In this document: in pieces, positions 46,235 through 58,233 of the stretch
How the letters are laid out: every line of letters begins with the position of its first letter
How positions within the stretch are numbered: the first letter of the stretch is position 1
Assembly: GCA_048013815.1 (NCBI GenBank)
Contig: CM106585.1
Location: forward strand, 11,222,001 to 11,286,000
Source: Setoptus koraiensis
Lineage: Eukaryota > Animalia > Arthropoda
Length of the DNA: 64,000 nt
Reading direction: 5' to 3'
Program-made: the position numbers and the translations under genes
The notes under the pieces: generated by a model
The model's input: the letters and a program-made list of their open reading frames with translations, nothing else
Database searches by the model: none
What the model was told of the DNA's origin: nothing

Positions 46235-47202
46235 ATGAAAATCACTTTGGTGGCTTTCTTCCTTCTTGTAGCACTCATTTTCGGTATGTATCGAATGTCC
46301 TAATGAATCACCATTACATTCGCAGCGGGCCAGTTCTCGTTCTGTATTATTATTATTATTGCACAAAAATTAACTCTCGAACCACGATATCCAATTATTG
46401 AACTCAATTAGAGCGTCACAGTTGCATCGCTGGGGCCAAACTGAACGCTACTTCCATCGCAGCCACCGTCAGCAAACTAGACTACTGCTTCAAAGACACT
46501 GTGATGTCGTTTGTGGAAAACAAAATTTTAGTTGGTGTCCCTGTCACTGGAGAACTATTGAGTGAATATTGCAGAAGAAACAGCATAGGCCTGCAATGTA
46601 TGAAAAGTAAAACCCAAAACGACGATCCCTTGATCAAGAGATTCATAAAGTCTTATATGAATGCCCGTCAAAAGTTCCTCAAGAAATACTGTAATAACGT
46701 TAATAGCGACGCATCGAAGACACTCGTTCAGGCAATGAAATGTGTCTGGGACAATAATCGCAAAGAATACGCCGATTCAGACTTGGAGTATGTTACCTCC
46801 ATGCAGGCCATAGAAAAGAAGCGATTCAGTGATTCAAAAATAGAATTAAATTATCTTTGTTGCACAATACTTAGATATGCAAATGTAAGTACCCAGTCAC
46901 GATCAGTTTCTGCTGTTCCTAACGATGTTATAATAATATATTGAGTCTGGCTACAATTCATTTCTTTGCAGAATTATGAACATTTGACCAAGCCAAAGTG
47001 CGCCCAACACCAACGAACGTGGAAGGAGGTAGCCGAAAGTTACACTTCGCACGAGCTCGGCTTATTGTGTCCCGATGAGGACAAATTCCTTGAAGACACA
47101 TGCTCAACTTTACCAAAATTAGACACCTGGACAGCGCCCGACCTCACCAGGTTGCCAGCTAGTCTCACAATTTATCTTGTGATGACTTTGGGCGAACCCT
47201 GA
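46235..47202 (+). CDS. Secreted Cys-rich helical protein, paralog B, 250 aa; join(46235..46283,46412..46884,46972..47202)
   Basis: Same exon structure and intron phases as paralog A. Shared blocks: RQ(R/K)FLKK(I/Y)C, AxxCVxDN, DLE(F/Y), LNYLCC, NYxxLxKPxC, LxCPDxxK(Y/F)LE, PDL. Confidence 0.87.
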
Positions 47203-49580
47203 TGCTCTGGTGAGTCCAAGTGCAAGAAAAAACACAACAAACAAACGACAAATTTGAACAGGCCCCCCAACTAGCAACTTGGCGGGCCGCAATGCTCGAT
47301 GGTCTCAGTGGATCGAAATTCGTTATAAATAAATTGTTCGAACTTTTCCAGTATTTCGAGCTTGGAATTTTCCAATTTTTCCAATTTTTCAAATCTATGT
47401 TTCTCGCTTGGCGTGATGCCGTTCGTTTCTCGATTTCGGTTCTGCGAAATCCCCGAACTTTACTGATCTCTCTGTTGGTGCCCCCAAATTAGCGAATTAT
47501 GCGAACCCAATTATGCGGTCGGGCTTTTTTGCAGCACTCGATAGTGTCAATCTCAGCTGGTTGCGTCAGTCATGGTGCGGCATATCTGGCGCCCAATGAT
47601 TCATGAGTCGTGAGGCACCGGATGTTGGCGATGCTGGCAGCACACCGGTGCGTAGTCGATGGCAGTTGTGGGCCTCGTCGTCGGGTGGCGCCAAGCCGCG
47701 GCCAAGTTTGTTGGGAACTGGCCACGGCATCGGTTGTGTGTCACTTGTTATAATGTGGCTTGAGAGAGCGGGCCGGAATGCTATTAGGATTGTTGCAGTT
47801 GGACGGTTGTTTGCATTTGCATTGATTTGCGTTGATTTGCATTGTTTAAATAGAAGCTCTGTGAGTGCGCCGCCGAAACGCGAAATTCGGTAGTTGCTGT
47901 CGGAGGTATTATCTGCTTGTTGACACATTCTTTGGTGGCTGGCGCAGCGAACGCTGGCCAAAAGGAAGACGAAGACGAAGAAGAAGAAGGAGAAAAAGTG
48001 ATTCTTCGGTGCGCGTTCTTTGCGCGTTTAGCGACCGGTGTTGGCACCGCTGAGGCAGCTCAATGAAACGCGCACGAGCACAAAATCATCACGATGGCCG
48101 CATTAGGCCAATGAGTCGCAGTGACCATATTAAACATATTGCTTTTAATGGTTTCTGCTGCTAACAAGCTGCTTTATTTGCATTTTAAATATTTCAATCG
48201 CTGCTCGTCGCTGTTTTGGTAGTTGTTGTTGTTGTTGTTGTCGCTGTCGCTGTAAAATCTTCTTATAAAATAAAATTTGTTGACACAGGGCAAACAAATT
48301 TCCATGACTGATCGCCGATTTGAAGATTCGCAAGCGCATTAGCGTGCACGAGCACCGTCCATTGTGGCGCAGTGCCAGACGGGCGGGCAACAAGCGCCCA
48401 GAATCCCGATTCCGATCCCAATCAACGAGCATCGGCGATCCGCTGCGGATAAGTGGACACCACCGACGGGCTTGTTAGCGGCACTTGCGACGACACACAC
48501 ACACACACTCACCATAATACCTTTTTTCGGGACGCGCAAAATAAAATGTAAAGCGTGGGCCTGTAGCGGCCGCATCGCCACCTGACTGACAATTGTGAAA
48601 TGACTGAAACGACGCTGATAATAATATAATGATGGCCGCCAGTCTCACGCGCTCGCGCCAGTCTATTGGACGCCTAGTGGCCGAGGAATGTTTCCGATGT
48701 TCATTTTTGTTTACCTACTCTCCTCCGTTTCGGCCGGCTCTCGATTGTTTCTCGCGGGGCTTGCGAGGCTTGCGGGGCTCGAAATAAATCTCGCCGGTAT
48801 GTGTTCCAAATTGTTCCCAATTGTTGCCGATTGTTTCAAATGATGAACCGTGCGCGGCCAACGGGAGCACGGCGGTCAGCCGGCCCGGTGAGCCGGGCGG
48901 CCCGCTCGCGCTCACAAGTTGCGGCTCTCAACTTGCGAGTCACGAGGACACCCTGCCGGCGGCCCAGTGTGACACACTTGCCAATCGCGAACGTTCGCGC
49001 GCGCCGACCCGCGCCGACCCGCGCCGACCCGCATCGACCCGCGGCGAGCCTCGGCGAGCCAAAGGGCCCCGCGTCGGCTAATTGGCAGCTGCGTGCGTCT
49101 GGCCCGCGCTTTAATTAGCGCCATAGTTGACGCCACAACCGGCCCGTGGCGCTCGCAAACGTTGCACGCTCGTCACGCGAAAGTTTCAAAAGTTTTGCAT
49201 ATCCCTAGGGGGTGCGTCTATGGCAAGACTTGCTGGCGATCGCCAAAAGTGGCTTTTCGTTTGGGGCCGGCGCCAGTCGGGCCCAGTGAGGTGGCCCCAG
49301 CAAGCGGGCAGCGGTGCGAGCGTTTGCGCGCAAAATTGGCGCGCATTTCGAAAACAATTCGCGTGACATTTGGCCGAAAGCGTCGCCGAGACGGCAGAGT
49401 CTCATCATCGGCGTCCGATCGTCGGCGTCTGGTCGTCAGCGGCCGATGGTTCGGGCGTCGCAATTGTCGCTAATTGTCTTGTTGCCTCGTCACCGGTACC
49501 GGACGCCAGTGAGTCACTGGCGGTGGCTGAGAACAGCTCCGCGTCCGCCGGTGCGGTCCGCTGTCTGTCACAGGGCGCCT

Positions 49581-49664
49581 CAATCTGCCACAATCCGGCG
49601 CAATCTGGCGCAAGCTGCCTAAATCTGGCGCAAGCTGCCTAAATCTGGCGCAAGCTGCCGAAAT
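49581..49664. repeat. 20-bp tandem repeat x3 preceded by two degenerate 10-bp half units
   Basis: AAATCTGGCGCAAGCTGCCT at 49601, 49621 and 49641. Confidence 0.95.
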
Positions 49665-50764
49665 GTGCGGTGCCGCGAAAAGTGCACACGTCGGCGCTGG
49701 CGAGACTGCCGACGGGCGCGCTCGCCAGCGGCTCCAATTGATCAGCAGAGTGAGCCTGGCGCTGCGACTGGCGGCCACTTTTCCAGTTCGCGACCGTCTA
49801 GACACCGGCCTGGCCCAGTGGCGCGTGGGCTGGCAGCGCCACTGCCAGTGGAGCCAGCGTCATCCAGTTTCGGCCGGGCTCGCTCGGCTTCGATTGGCGG
49901 CGGCCAGCCAGCCAAAGAACGAGAGAAGAACGAGAGAAGAACGAGACTGTCGTTGCGACAGAGCAAGAACGAGTCGTGAGCGGATTTGCATGCCGACGAG
50001 TGCACGACGAACTGACGCTGATGCGGATGATGATGGCCAAGTTGCAATAACTCTGCCACCTCTAACAAGCATAGAGCATGCGTAATGAGAGAACGTTTTC
50101 GCAACATTCAACACTTTTGCACTGGAGCGTTCGTTTGTTTGTTGTTCGCTCGTTTCGCTCGTTCGCTCGTTCGTTCGCTCGTTCGTTGGCTGGTTCGCTC
50201 AATGTAACAACAGTGTTGATATCAGTGCCAACATCGGCGCTAACATCGGCGCTAATATCAGTGCACTGTGAAGTGAGAGCTGCCTCGAAGTCGCAGTCGC
50301 TGCAAATGTCGCGAAACGTGCCAACGTGAACCTATTCTGGCACCGCCGCTGCCAGTCTGGCACTACATTGTAACTTGCGCTCGTTCACTTGCGAACACCG
50401 ATAACGCCGCCGTTCTCCAGACGACATATTCCCTCTCCTCGGGCGCACCACACCACAACAACACACGACAACACACGACCACATACGACAAGATACAACG
50501 ACGAGATACAACGACACGATACGACGACGAGATATAACGAGACACGACAAATCAGACGTACACACACGAATTAGACAGGGCCAACAAATCAATCGTCGCA
50601 CTTGCCATTGCAACAGCCACTCGTTATTAGCAGCGACATTATTCTGGCACAAGCCTAACCCGTTATCCTCATTATCTCTGCCATTTCTCACCAATCTAAT
50701 TAGCCCAGCAACTCTAATTAGCAACGCCACCCGTCGTCGCTATAATCGCCAGCTGTACGGCACC

Positions 50765-52234
50765 ATGGCGGTGCTACAAGTGAAGGTCATTCTCATATTA
50801 TTATTGGGCCTCACACAACAACTATCGACTCTAGGTCAGACAGTGTCCTCAAAGCCACAAGCCACCTCAACTAGGGCCTCAACAACAACAACAACAACAG
50901 CGCACAGCGGCAAGCATACGCAGGCAATCCCAAAGCAATTCAATCAGCCAAACAGAATCACAAACCACAATAGCAACAATAGCAAGAAAGAGTTTTTAAA
51001 GCTCAAAGCCAGCGATCCAGACAGACAGCGACAGCATCAATTGAAGCACCATCGTCAACAATCGCAAGCTGTCATCAGCAACAATCATTACAATCACGCT
51101 AGCAAACTCAACAATCAAAACAGTTTGCTCGTGGCAGAAAATTGCTCATTTGGCGCTGAAACATACTCTGTAGGTGATAGATGGAACCCGGTTCTGCCGC
51201 CGTTAGGCGTACAAAGTTGCATTATTTGCACTTGCGAGGCCAAAAAGGCCTGCTATGAGGCTAAAGTTAAATGCAAAAACATTAAAAATGATTGTCCCCA
51301 ATTGACCTGCTCTAACGGCGACGCGCCCGTTATTAAGCCAGGCGATTGCTGTAAATCGTGCCCCGGAGACAAATCGCAACTGCCTATATTGTCGGTGTTG
51401 GAGCCTGCTGTTGTATCCGAATGTCAACCAGTTGTCAGTAACAACAAAAAATCAGACGCACACTCTAGTAATCGTGTTAAAACACCTAAAGAAATGCTCA
51501 GATCGCTTGGTAGTCCCAGTCACGGGGACCCGCTCAAGCCCGAACCTGACACCTCGGCGCAGCGAGACCCAAACGACAACACCATTCAAGAGACCCAAGT
51601 TGACAAGACACTAGACAACAAATGTCGCTACGAAGAGAAATCATATGAAGATGGCGTTCAGTGGAAAGCGTCTCATGACCCTTGCTCAATGTGCTGGTGT
51701 AAAGCGGGCACTGTATTATGTGACAAATTTGTTTGTCCCGAAATGCCACCACTGTGCCCAAATGGATTAGCTCCAGTGAAACCTGACGGCGAATGCTGCT
51801 TCATTTGTCCACCCAGAAAAGTAAAAAAGAGGCCCAATCATAGCAGGCCCGCTCCAACATCACCACCATCATTATCATCACCATCATCACCACCACCACC
51901 ATCGTCATCATCATCATCATCATCATCCTCAATATCAACATCATCTGCATCATCGATAGATTATCCCGACAACCACCAACCCGTTGGTTGCAAGCTGGAA
52001 GGCGATCAAGTTTTCAGGCTGCCAGGATCTAAGTGGCACCCGTACTTACCCCCATTCGGTTTTGATAGATGCGCCGTTTGCGAATGTTTGGCCTCTAATA
52101 TCACCATACAATGTATGAGAACCAAATGCCCCCCTTTAAATTGTCCGAAACGCGACGCATATCGAGAGAAGAGGGAGGATTGTTGTAGGAGATGCCCGTA
52201 CCCTAGTAATTCAACACAGATAATAGCCCAGTAG
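50765..52234 (+). CDS. sog: Short gastrulation/Chordin-like BMP antagonist, miniaturised (signal peptide + 3 CR/VWC domains), 489 aa, intronless
   Basis: Signal peptide MAVLQVKVILILLLGL. The first CR domain has the chordin CR1 hallmark (CTCEA...VKCKNIKNDCP), the second is CR2-like (QWKASHDPCSMCWC...VLCDKFVCP), and the third is CR3-like (GSKWHPYLPPFGFDRCAVCEC...DCCRRCP). Confidence 0.8.
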   Translation: MAVLQVKVILILLLGLTQQLSTLGQTVSSKPQATSTRASTTTTTTAHSGKHTQAIPKQFNQPNRITNHNSNNSKKEFLKLKASDPDRQRQHQLKHHRQQSQAVISNNHYNHASKLNNQNSLLVAENCSFGAETYSVGDRWNPVLPPLGVQSCIICTCEAKKACYEAKVKCKNIKNDCPQLTCSNGDAPVIKPGDCCKSCPGDKSQLPILSVLEPAVVSECQPVVSNNKKSDAHSSNRVKTPKEMLRSLGSPSHGDPLKPEPDTSAQRDPNDNTIQETQVDKTLDNKCRYEEKSYEDGVQWKASHDPCSMCWCKAGTVLCDKFVCPEMPPLCPNGLAPVKPDGECCFICPPRKVKKRPNHSRPAPTSPPSLSSPSSPPPPSSSSSSSSSSISTSSASSIDYPDNHQPVGCKLEGDQVFRLPGSKWHPYLPPFGFDRCAVCECLASNITIQCMRTKCPPLNCPKRDAYREKREDCCRRCPYPSNSTQIIAQ

Positions 52235-52492
52235 ATTTAGCAAGAAACCAGACCCACCAATATCATAAAATGATCATGTGCATAGAACCTAGATTGTTCA
52301 TAGTATATATAAATGTATATATATGTAGATATATATATATACAAGCGTATTCAGTATATGAGATAAAATTATTTATTGTGGAGAGGAGATTCATTTAACT
52401 AGTTTCCCATTTTGGATCTAAAAAACTAATTAATATGGTCTAGAGACCAATTCGTTTCCACCGATTTAAATAACGGAAAATAAGTGTAAGTT

Positions 52493-54937
52493 TCAAGTCT
52501 CGATTGCGGTGGGGCTAGTAGTACTATTATCTTCCGGGTCTAGCTGATTTTCGTCGCTGGCATGCTCGGTCTTATGCTGGACGGATGTTGACTCTTCCGT
52601 AGTCATGTCCGATTTACTACTACATGAATTGGTGACTTCCTCTGAATTTTCCTTATTCGTCTCTGGGGTTGTTGCTTTAGTAACTTTACGTTCTTGTAGA
52701 GCTCGACAAAGTTTCTCCAATGTCTCTATCTTTTTGTTGGCCGTAAGCATTTCATGGTCCCATTTTTGCTTCTCGGTAAGTAGTTGGGCCATTCTTTTAT
52801 CACTAAATTCATATTTAGATAGAAGAATCTTATAGTCCTGCTTAGATTGCTCTATCTGTTTAAGCATTTTCTTAGATTCAACCTGAAAGCGATTCATACC
52901 CTTACTTATGACAGCTTGACATTCATCATACTTACTGGCATAGCTGCTCAAGTCCGACCGAAGCTTTGCCTCTTGGCCCTCTATTCGCTGCTGCTGTTCT
53001 TGCATCATAGACAATATTTGTAAAAGCTCTTGTTTTTCACTTAAAAGTTTCTCTTTTTCTTCATTCTTTGATAGATTAGCCTTAGCAAGCTCTGTCTTAA
53101 TGAGCCGATTCTCTATATCCCGTTGCCTTAGTGTTGCCTCAACGCTTTTCTCCCAGTTGTCACAATGATCAAGGAGAGATTTCAATTTGACCTGTAGATC
53201 ATGGTTCTCCTGCCTAAGGAGCATGTTTCGTTGTTGATTTTCGTCAAAGAGTTTAATCACACCAGTAAGAGTGGATTGTACTTTGGTGGTCTGTTCTTTG
53301 GCTTTGTTCTGTTCACCCTTGATAAGATCTAAACTCTCTATCCTTATAGCATTGTTTGATTTTTGAAGTTCCCTGCATAAATTCTCCAATTTTTGTTTGA
53401 CAAGTTGTAACTTCTGATTATCCGACTTCAATTTTGAGCAACTGAGTAATAATTGTGCGTTCTGTTCGCTCAATTTGATCAAGTTTTTACAAACGGACTC
53501 TAACAAACTTGGATCATCCTTGATATTCTGTAAGCTGAGGAGCAAAGCAGAGACTTTTGTGTCTGTATCAAACTTGTTGATTGCTGTTGACTCGTTCGAC
53601 GAATCAATATTAGATTTACTCGCTTCTTGATTAAATGAGGCACTAGTGCTAGTTTTTGTATTCTTTTTCTTATTATTGATATGCTCTTTTTGCCTATGGT
53701 TCGAGTTGACTGTTTTTCCATTGTTGGGTGGTACGCAGGTTTTCTGTGATACAGGCTTCGCCTGGGACAATTTTTCGAGAGAGCTTTCAGCAATTGTTTC
53801 AGGAATTTGCTTGCCTTCTTGATTAATTTTATCACTTAATGATATAGTTGGCCCTTGTACCAGACTAGAATTGAGATTAGTTTGACTTAGCAACTCTTGT
53901 TTTTCCTCTTTAACCTCGGCAATCAATTCACAACCTGATAATTGAGACTGTAATATTTCATTATGACCAGTGTCTACTTCGGTCTTATTTTCATGCTTAT
54001 CAATACATTGAGCATCCTCTGGTTGGTGATTATGTTGCATACCATCAGTAGTTGGACTTATGTCGTTGTTATCTTGTTTAGAGATTACATCATTAATATC
54101 ACAACAAGTACTTTGTTGGTTTTGGTTGGTCGACTCGACATCTGTGTCGCCAGTTTTGCCAGTGTGATCCGATGACACGGGCATTTCGTTTTTCGTGCCT
54201 ATGACGTCTGTCTGTGGATCAACTACAGGTGCCACTACAGACTTATCAATGAGCGTTGGAGAATTCTCTGATTGCCGGCGATCAGTGGGGGGCTCCTCGA
54301 TGCCCGATAATTTATGTATGTCCTCTTTTAATTTGATTAATTGATTGTCGTAATTTTTCGCCGATTCGCTCTCACCTTTAGCCTTTTGTTTCTCTAAGGC
54401 CGCTTGGATGCTCAATTTAATATCTTGTGCCCGTTTAGAGTATTCGTCTAGCGTTGAGCAGCTGTTCTCTAGATTCGATTGTGTTTGAGTTGAATTTTGA
54501 CCATTGTTCAAACTATTGTTACCACTATTATTATTGTTATTATTATGATTTGTTTGTTGAGATGGGTTAGTTTTGAGTTTTTCCTGTAATTGACTCCTAT
54601 GTAAGGCTAAACTAGATTGCTTCTGGTGGTTCTTTTTGGTTGAACTGGCCGATTTGGGTCCATTGGCGCCAGGCACTGTTTTTTGGGCTCTGTTGGGCGC
54701 CGACACGCTAATGTTGGTTCTGGTGGCCCTAGAGGATTTGCCGTTGTTTTGTGGCGCTGTTTCTTTGGACGATTGTTGTTTATTGTTTGTATTATTATTG
54801 CTAGTGTTTGAGGTGGCAGTGTTGCCGGTTGTGGGCGTTGTCTTTGGGTCGGCGGCTCGCTGTTGGTTAATGTTGGCCAAGCTGGTTGTTGCTGTTGCTG
54901 ATTGTTTTGATTGTTGCTGCTTCAACTTGGAACTCAT
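52493..54937 (-). CDS. Taxilin-family coiled-coil protein (~814 aa from ATG 54937; the 5' end may be spliced differently)
   Basis: Taxilin-domain signatures KQKLENLCRELQK, LRSDLSSYASKYDECQ, KMLKQIEQ, KIETLEKLCRALQ, preceded by a long N/Q/S-rich N-terminus. The upstream 120 codons of the ORF look intron-like. Confidence 0.88.
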   Translation of the reverse strand: MSSKLKQQQSKQSATATTSLANINQQRAADPKTTPTTGNTATSNTSNNNTNNKQQSSKETAPQNNGKSSRATRTNISVSAPNRAQKTVPGANGPKSASSTKKNHQKQSSLALHRSQLQEKLKTNPSQQTNHNNNNNNSGNNSLNNGQNSTQTQSNLENSCSTLDEYSKRAQDIKLSIQAALEKQKAKGESESAKNYDNQLIKLKEDIHKLSGIEEPPTDRRQSENSPTLIDKSVVAPVVDPQTDVIGTKNEMPVSSDHTGKTGDTDVESTNQNQQSTCCDINDVISKQDNNDISPTTDGMQHNHQPEDAQCIDKHENKTEVDTGHNEILQSQLSGCELIAEVKEEKQELLSQTNLNSSLVQGPTISLSDKINQEGKQIPETIAESSLEKLSQAKPVSQKTCVPPNNGKTVNSNHRQKEHINNKKKNTKTSTSASFNQEASKSNIDSSNESTAINKFDTDTKVSALLLSLQNIKDDPSLLESVCKNLIKLSEQNAQLLLSCSKLKSDNQKLQLVKQKLENLCRELQKSNNAIRIESLDLIKGEQNKAKEQTTKVQSTLTGVIKLFDENQQRNMLLRQENHDLQVKLKSLLDHCDNWEKSVEATLRQRDIENRLIKTELAKANLSKNEEKEKLLSEKQELLQILSMMQEQQQRIEGQEAKLRSDLSSYASKYDECQAVISKGMNRFQVESKKMLKQIEQSKQDYKILLSKYEFSDKRMAQLLTEKQKWDHEMLTANKKIETLEKLCRALQERKVTKATTPETNKENSEEVTNSCSSKSDMTTEESTSVQHKTEHASDENQLDPEDNSTTSPTAIET

Positions 54938-57900
54938 GACGCTACAATGAATGGTGTTAGTGGGCAAATTCCGATATTGTTCCGATGGTGTTGGCTGGCG
55001 GCCTGAAATTGGGCCCCGGGCGCGGGCTCGGTCGCTTGGTGGCGATAGCACAATACAGTTACAGATACAGAGACAATATAGATGAGGACAGATGCAATTT
55101 ATAGCATAATTGTACGATTGGACAATTGCTCGATAATTGGCCCCTAGGATAATAATGATATAATAAATAAATAGACTGGCGGCTATAAATAAATATCTGT
55201 TTGCGTGGCTCGTCTTGTGCACACGGCGTGTCGTCTCACATTCAATTAGGCAGCACAATTCGCTTCCTTCCAACTGGCCATACTCATTTGTCGACAATTT
55301 TCAGCTCCAACGACAGTGCAATTGTCGAACAAAACATGGCTCTGTTTGTTCTTCGCTACAAAAACATCCCCTGCACTAGAAAAAGAAGCGTTCGCAGAAG
55401 CACAAGTGAAAACGCTGCTGCCTAGAGAAAAAGAGAAAGAGCGAAAAAGCGAAAAAGAATTCTTTATTCACGATGCCACCAGCTGCACACACACACACGC
55501 ACACCCCATCTTGGCGTGCCTTTGCACAGGCACATTGCACTGGAGCGTCTGTCCGTTTGTGTGTGTTTTGGTGCTTTCTCTGCCAGTTCACGATAGAGAA
55601 CTTTCAACAATTAGTGCGCGTCTCTCAACTCAACTCCAACGAGCCGAGGCGCCGCTAAATACATAAATCGTTTCATATGTACACATGTGCTCTGTTCGAA
55701 ACTCGATTCGAATTTCGAATCGCGAAGTGGGATGCTTCAGAAATTCGAACGCGCAACTTATCTCGTATACATGTGTCCGTATTTACAACCGTATATCCAA
55801 CATGCTCTGTCCTCGCAACAGCCATACGCCACACGCTGTCACAATGGCGGATACCAGTGAATAATGGCGCCCACTAACAGCTCACTGCTCCAATTCATGC
55901 CCCTTGTCAACTAACCATAAGTGTGCAAGCTAACTTTTGCATAGCAAATTATGTAACACAAATGCACTCTTATCCGATGGCCTCACGGAGCCTCCCGAAG
56001 CGCAATGAATCTGCGCCAAGCCGACAAACACTAAATCATGATACGCATATCATGATACACATGCTCACTACATGTATGTGTTTGTTGTTGGCCAACACAA
56101 GTCAGCATCGTAGCCCCATTAGCTTGCCAACCACACCAAGTGTATCGTTGCAAACATGTTACATAACTACAACTAGCCCCGACAAGTCAAGTGGAGCGCG
56201 CTGTTGTGGCTAGCGGTGTTGTGTAACTCACAAACAGAAGTCAACAAACATCGTTCATTTTTATCTCATATATCACACCATACGTCTGCTCAGAAAACAC
56301 GCTGTACATGATAAACAAAGCCAGCTAACAATGTCCTCAAATGTCTCAACGTCTCAACATGGAAATAATTCAAAATGTCTATCTGATGCACTGATCTTGG
56401 CCGTGCCCTCGCAGCTTCGGCTATCAACTTGCAAATGGCCATTGATACAAATATGGGCCATAAATAAATCTATGTTTGTTTCGGCGAAATGAGATTATTT
56501 GAGAACACAATTTGACTCTTGAGCGATGCCCATTTTTCATCGATTTCGGCTGACGAGTAACAGAGCTGCTCGCTTCGGCACCCTATTCTAGTTGCAATCA
56601 ATTCAAGATATTTCAGCAATCGTTGGATTTTAATTAGTCGATATAAAGTATACGAATGTCGCCCATTTAGATCCACTCTTGAGATTTTAACGCACCTCCG
56701 AGTTGCACGGAAAAATAATGTCTTGACAAAGTTGTATATTAACTCAATCGCCCATTGATAACTATTTTATCGGTGCTACGACATAATGAGTCATACGACC
56801 CAAATGAAAAATCTTCTTGGGTCAAGTTCATCGTATCCAATAACCAATAAATTGTCGCATAGGTTTTTTTGTACCAGATTCTCTCAAGTCTAACCGATTG
56901 TTGTGATGAGTTTTCATCGATGCATAAACACATAATAATCTAGAAACTATCGACCACAGTCAATGTGTGGCCTGAATATCCAGTTCCTCAATGTAGGTGG
57001 CAGTTGGCAAAATAAGCCGATCACAATTCATGATCATCCTGACCGGTAACGCTTTGATGGATTGCCGTTGGTCAGCTTGAGAAGATGGCCCGTTTTCGGT
57101 GTTTATCTTGCGATGAACATTGGGAGAAAACGATACTGTGTCAGTCATTTAAATGTGTCCAAAGCAATAGATTTGTGCACCGAAAATAACATGGGAATTC
57201 ATTGTTAGAAACTAGCAATTCAAATTTCCAGCCGCCATTTGGCCACCTTGAAACATTACCTGTTGCTTACTTGACCACATTGTATCACATTGCGTCACCA
57301 TTCTACCAGATCGTATCACATCACTGTTTTGGTATGTATGGTGTGTGACTGAAGTAAGGTTGATTCTAACAATAATTGTCACCTGTTCTGTATAAACACA
57401 CAAACTTATATTATGTATACAGAACAACAATTTAGCTGGCTATCTCTCGTTGAGACTAAAACTAGAAACTACTAATCAGTTCTCTGAGGACATCAACGTA
57501 AAACTCTATGACATCCTTAAGAGCTCAAGAGTGGCCGCATTGTCATGATCTATTATGCAAATGTCAAGTTTTTTGAGCACTGCTTACAGTCGTAAAACTA
57601 CATTGTTGACATTATTAATAAGGTCGACGATACGTGAAATTGCTTTTATCTATTCAAAACAATTATAGTTTCCAGTTAACAATGCAGTTATCTTCCTTTA
57701 TCCATAAAATAGCTTACAACTATGACTTGCCACCCTATGTCCAGTATACTTTCGGTGTGATCTTTTTGAATGTCACTATACCTTTACCTTTCTCTATCGC
57801 TGTCTGTAAAGGTGTGTTGCTATTGCTATTTACTCGCAACTGTGGACAACCATCCATCTGCATATTCTCTATCAATAGACAATGACATAATTCTGTTTAG

Positions 57901-58233
57901 AAATACACCTTTGGAGAAGCCTTATCTAGTACCCCCATTTAAATTGTTTATAGGTGCGACTCTGAGTTCCACTTATCTATATTATCGCCTACTAACTCGA
58001 AAAACTATCAATAGAAGAGAGGCGGAGAAACAGATTAAATAGCTCAAAACTTTAAAGTGACCATGAAGTTTATTTTGGACTGTCCAGTCGATAATAGATT
58101 TAGTCGCAAGACATTCCGAGGTAGATTGAATATCAGATGCAATATTCTCTCATTCGAGTCCGTAGAAACTTTCATGAAGTAACAAAAATTGTTGTTAGCT
58201 TGTATTGTTTGATACATCTCTAAGTAAGCAAAT

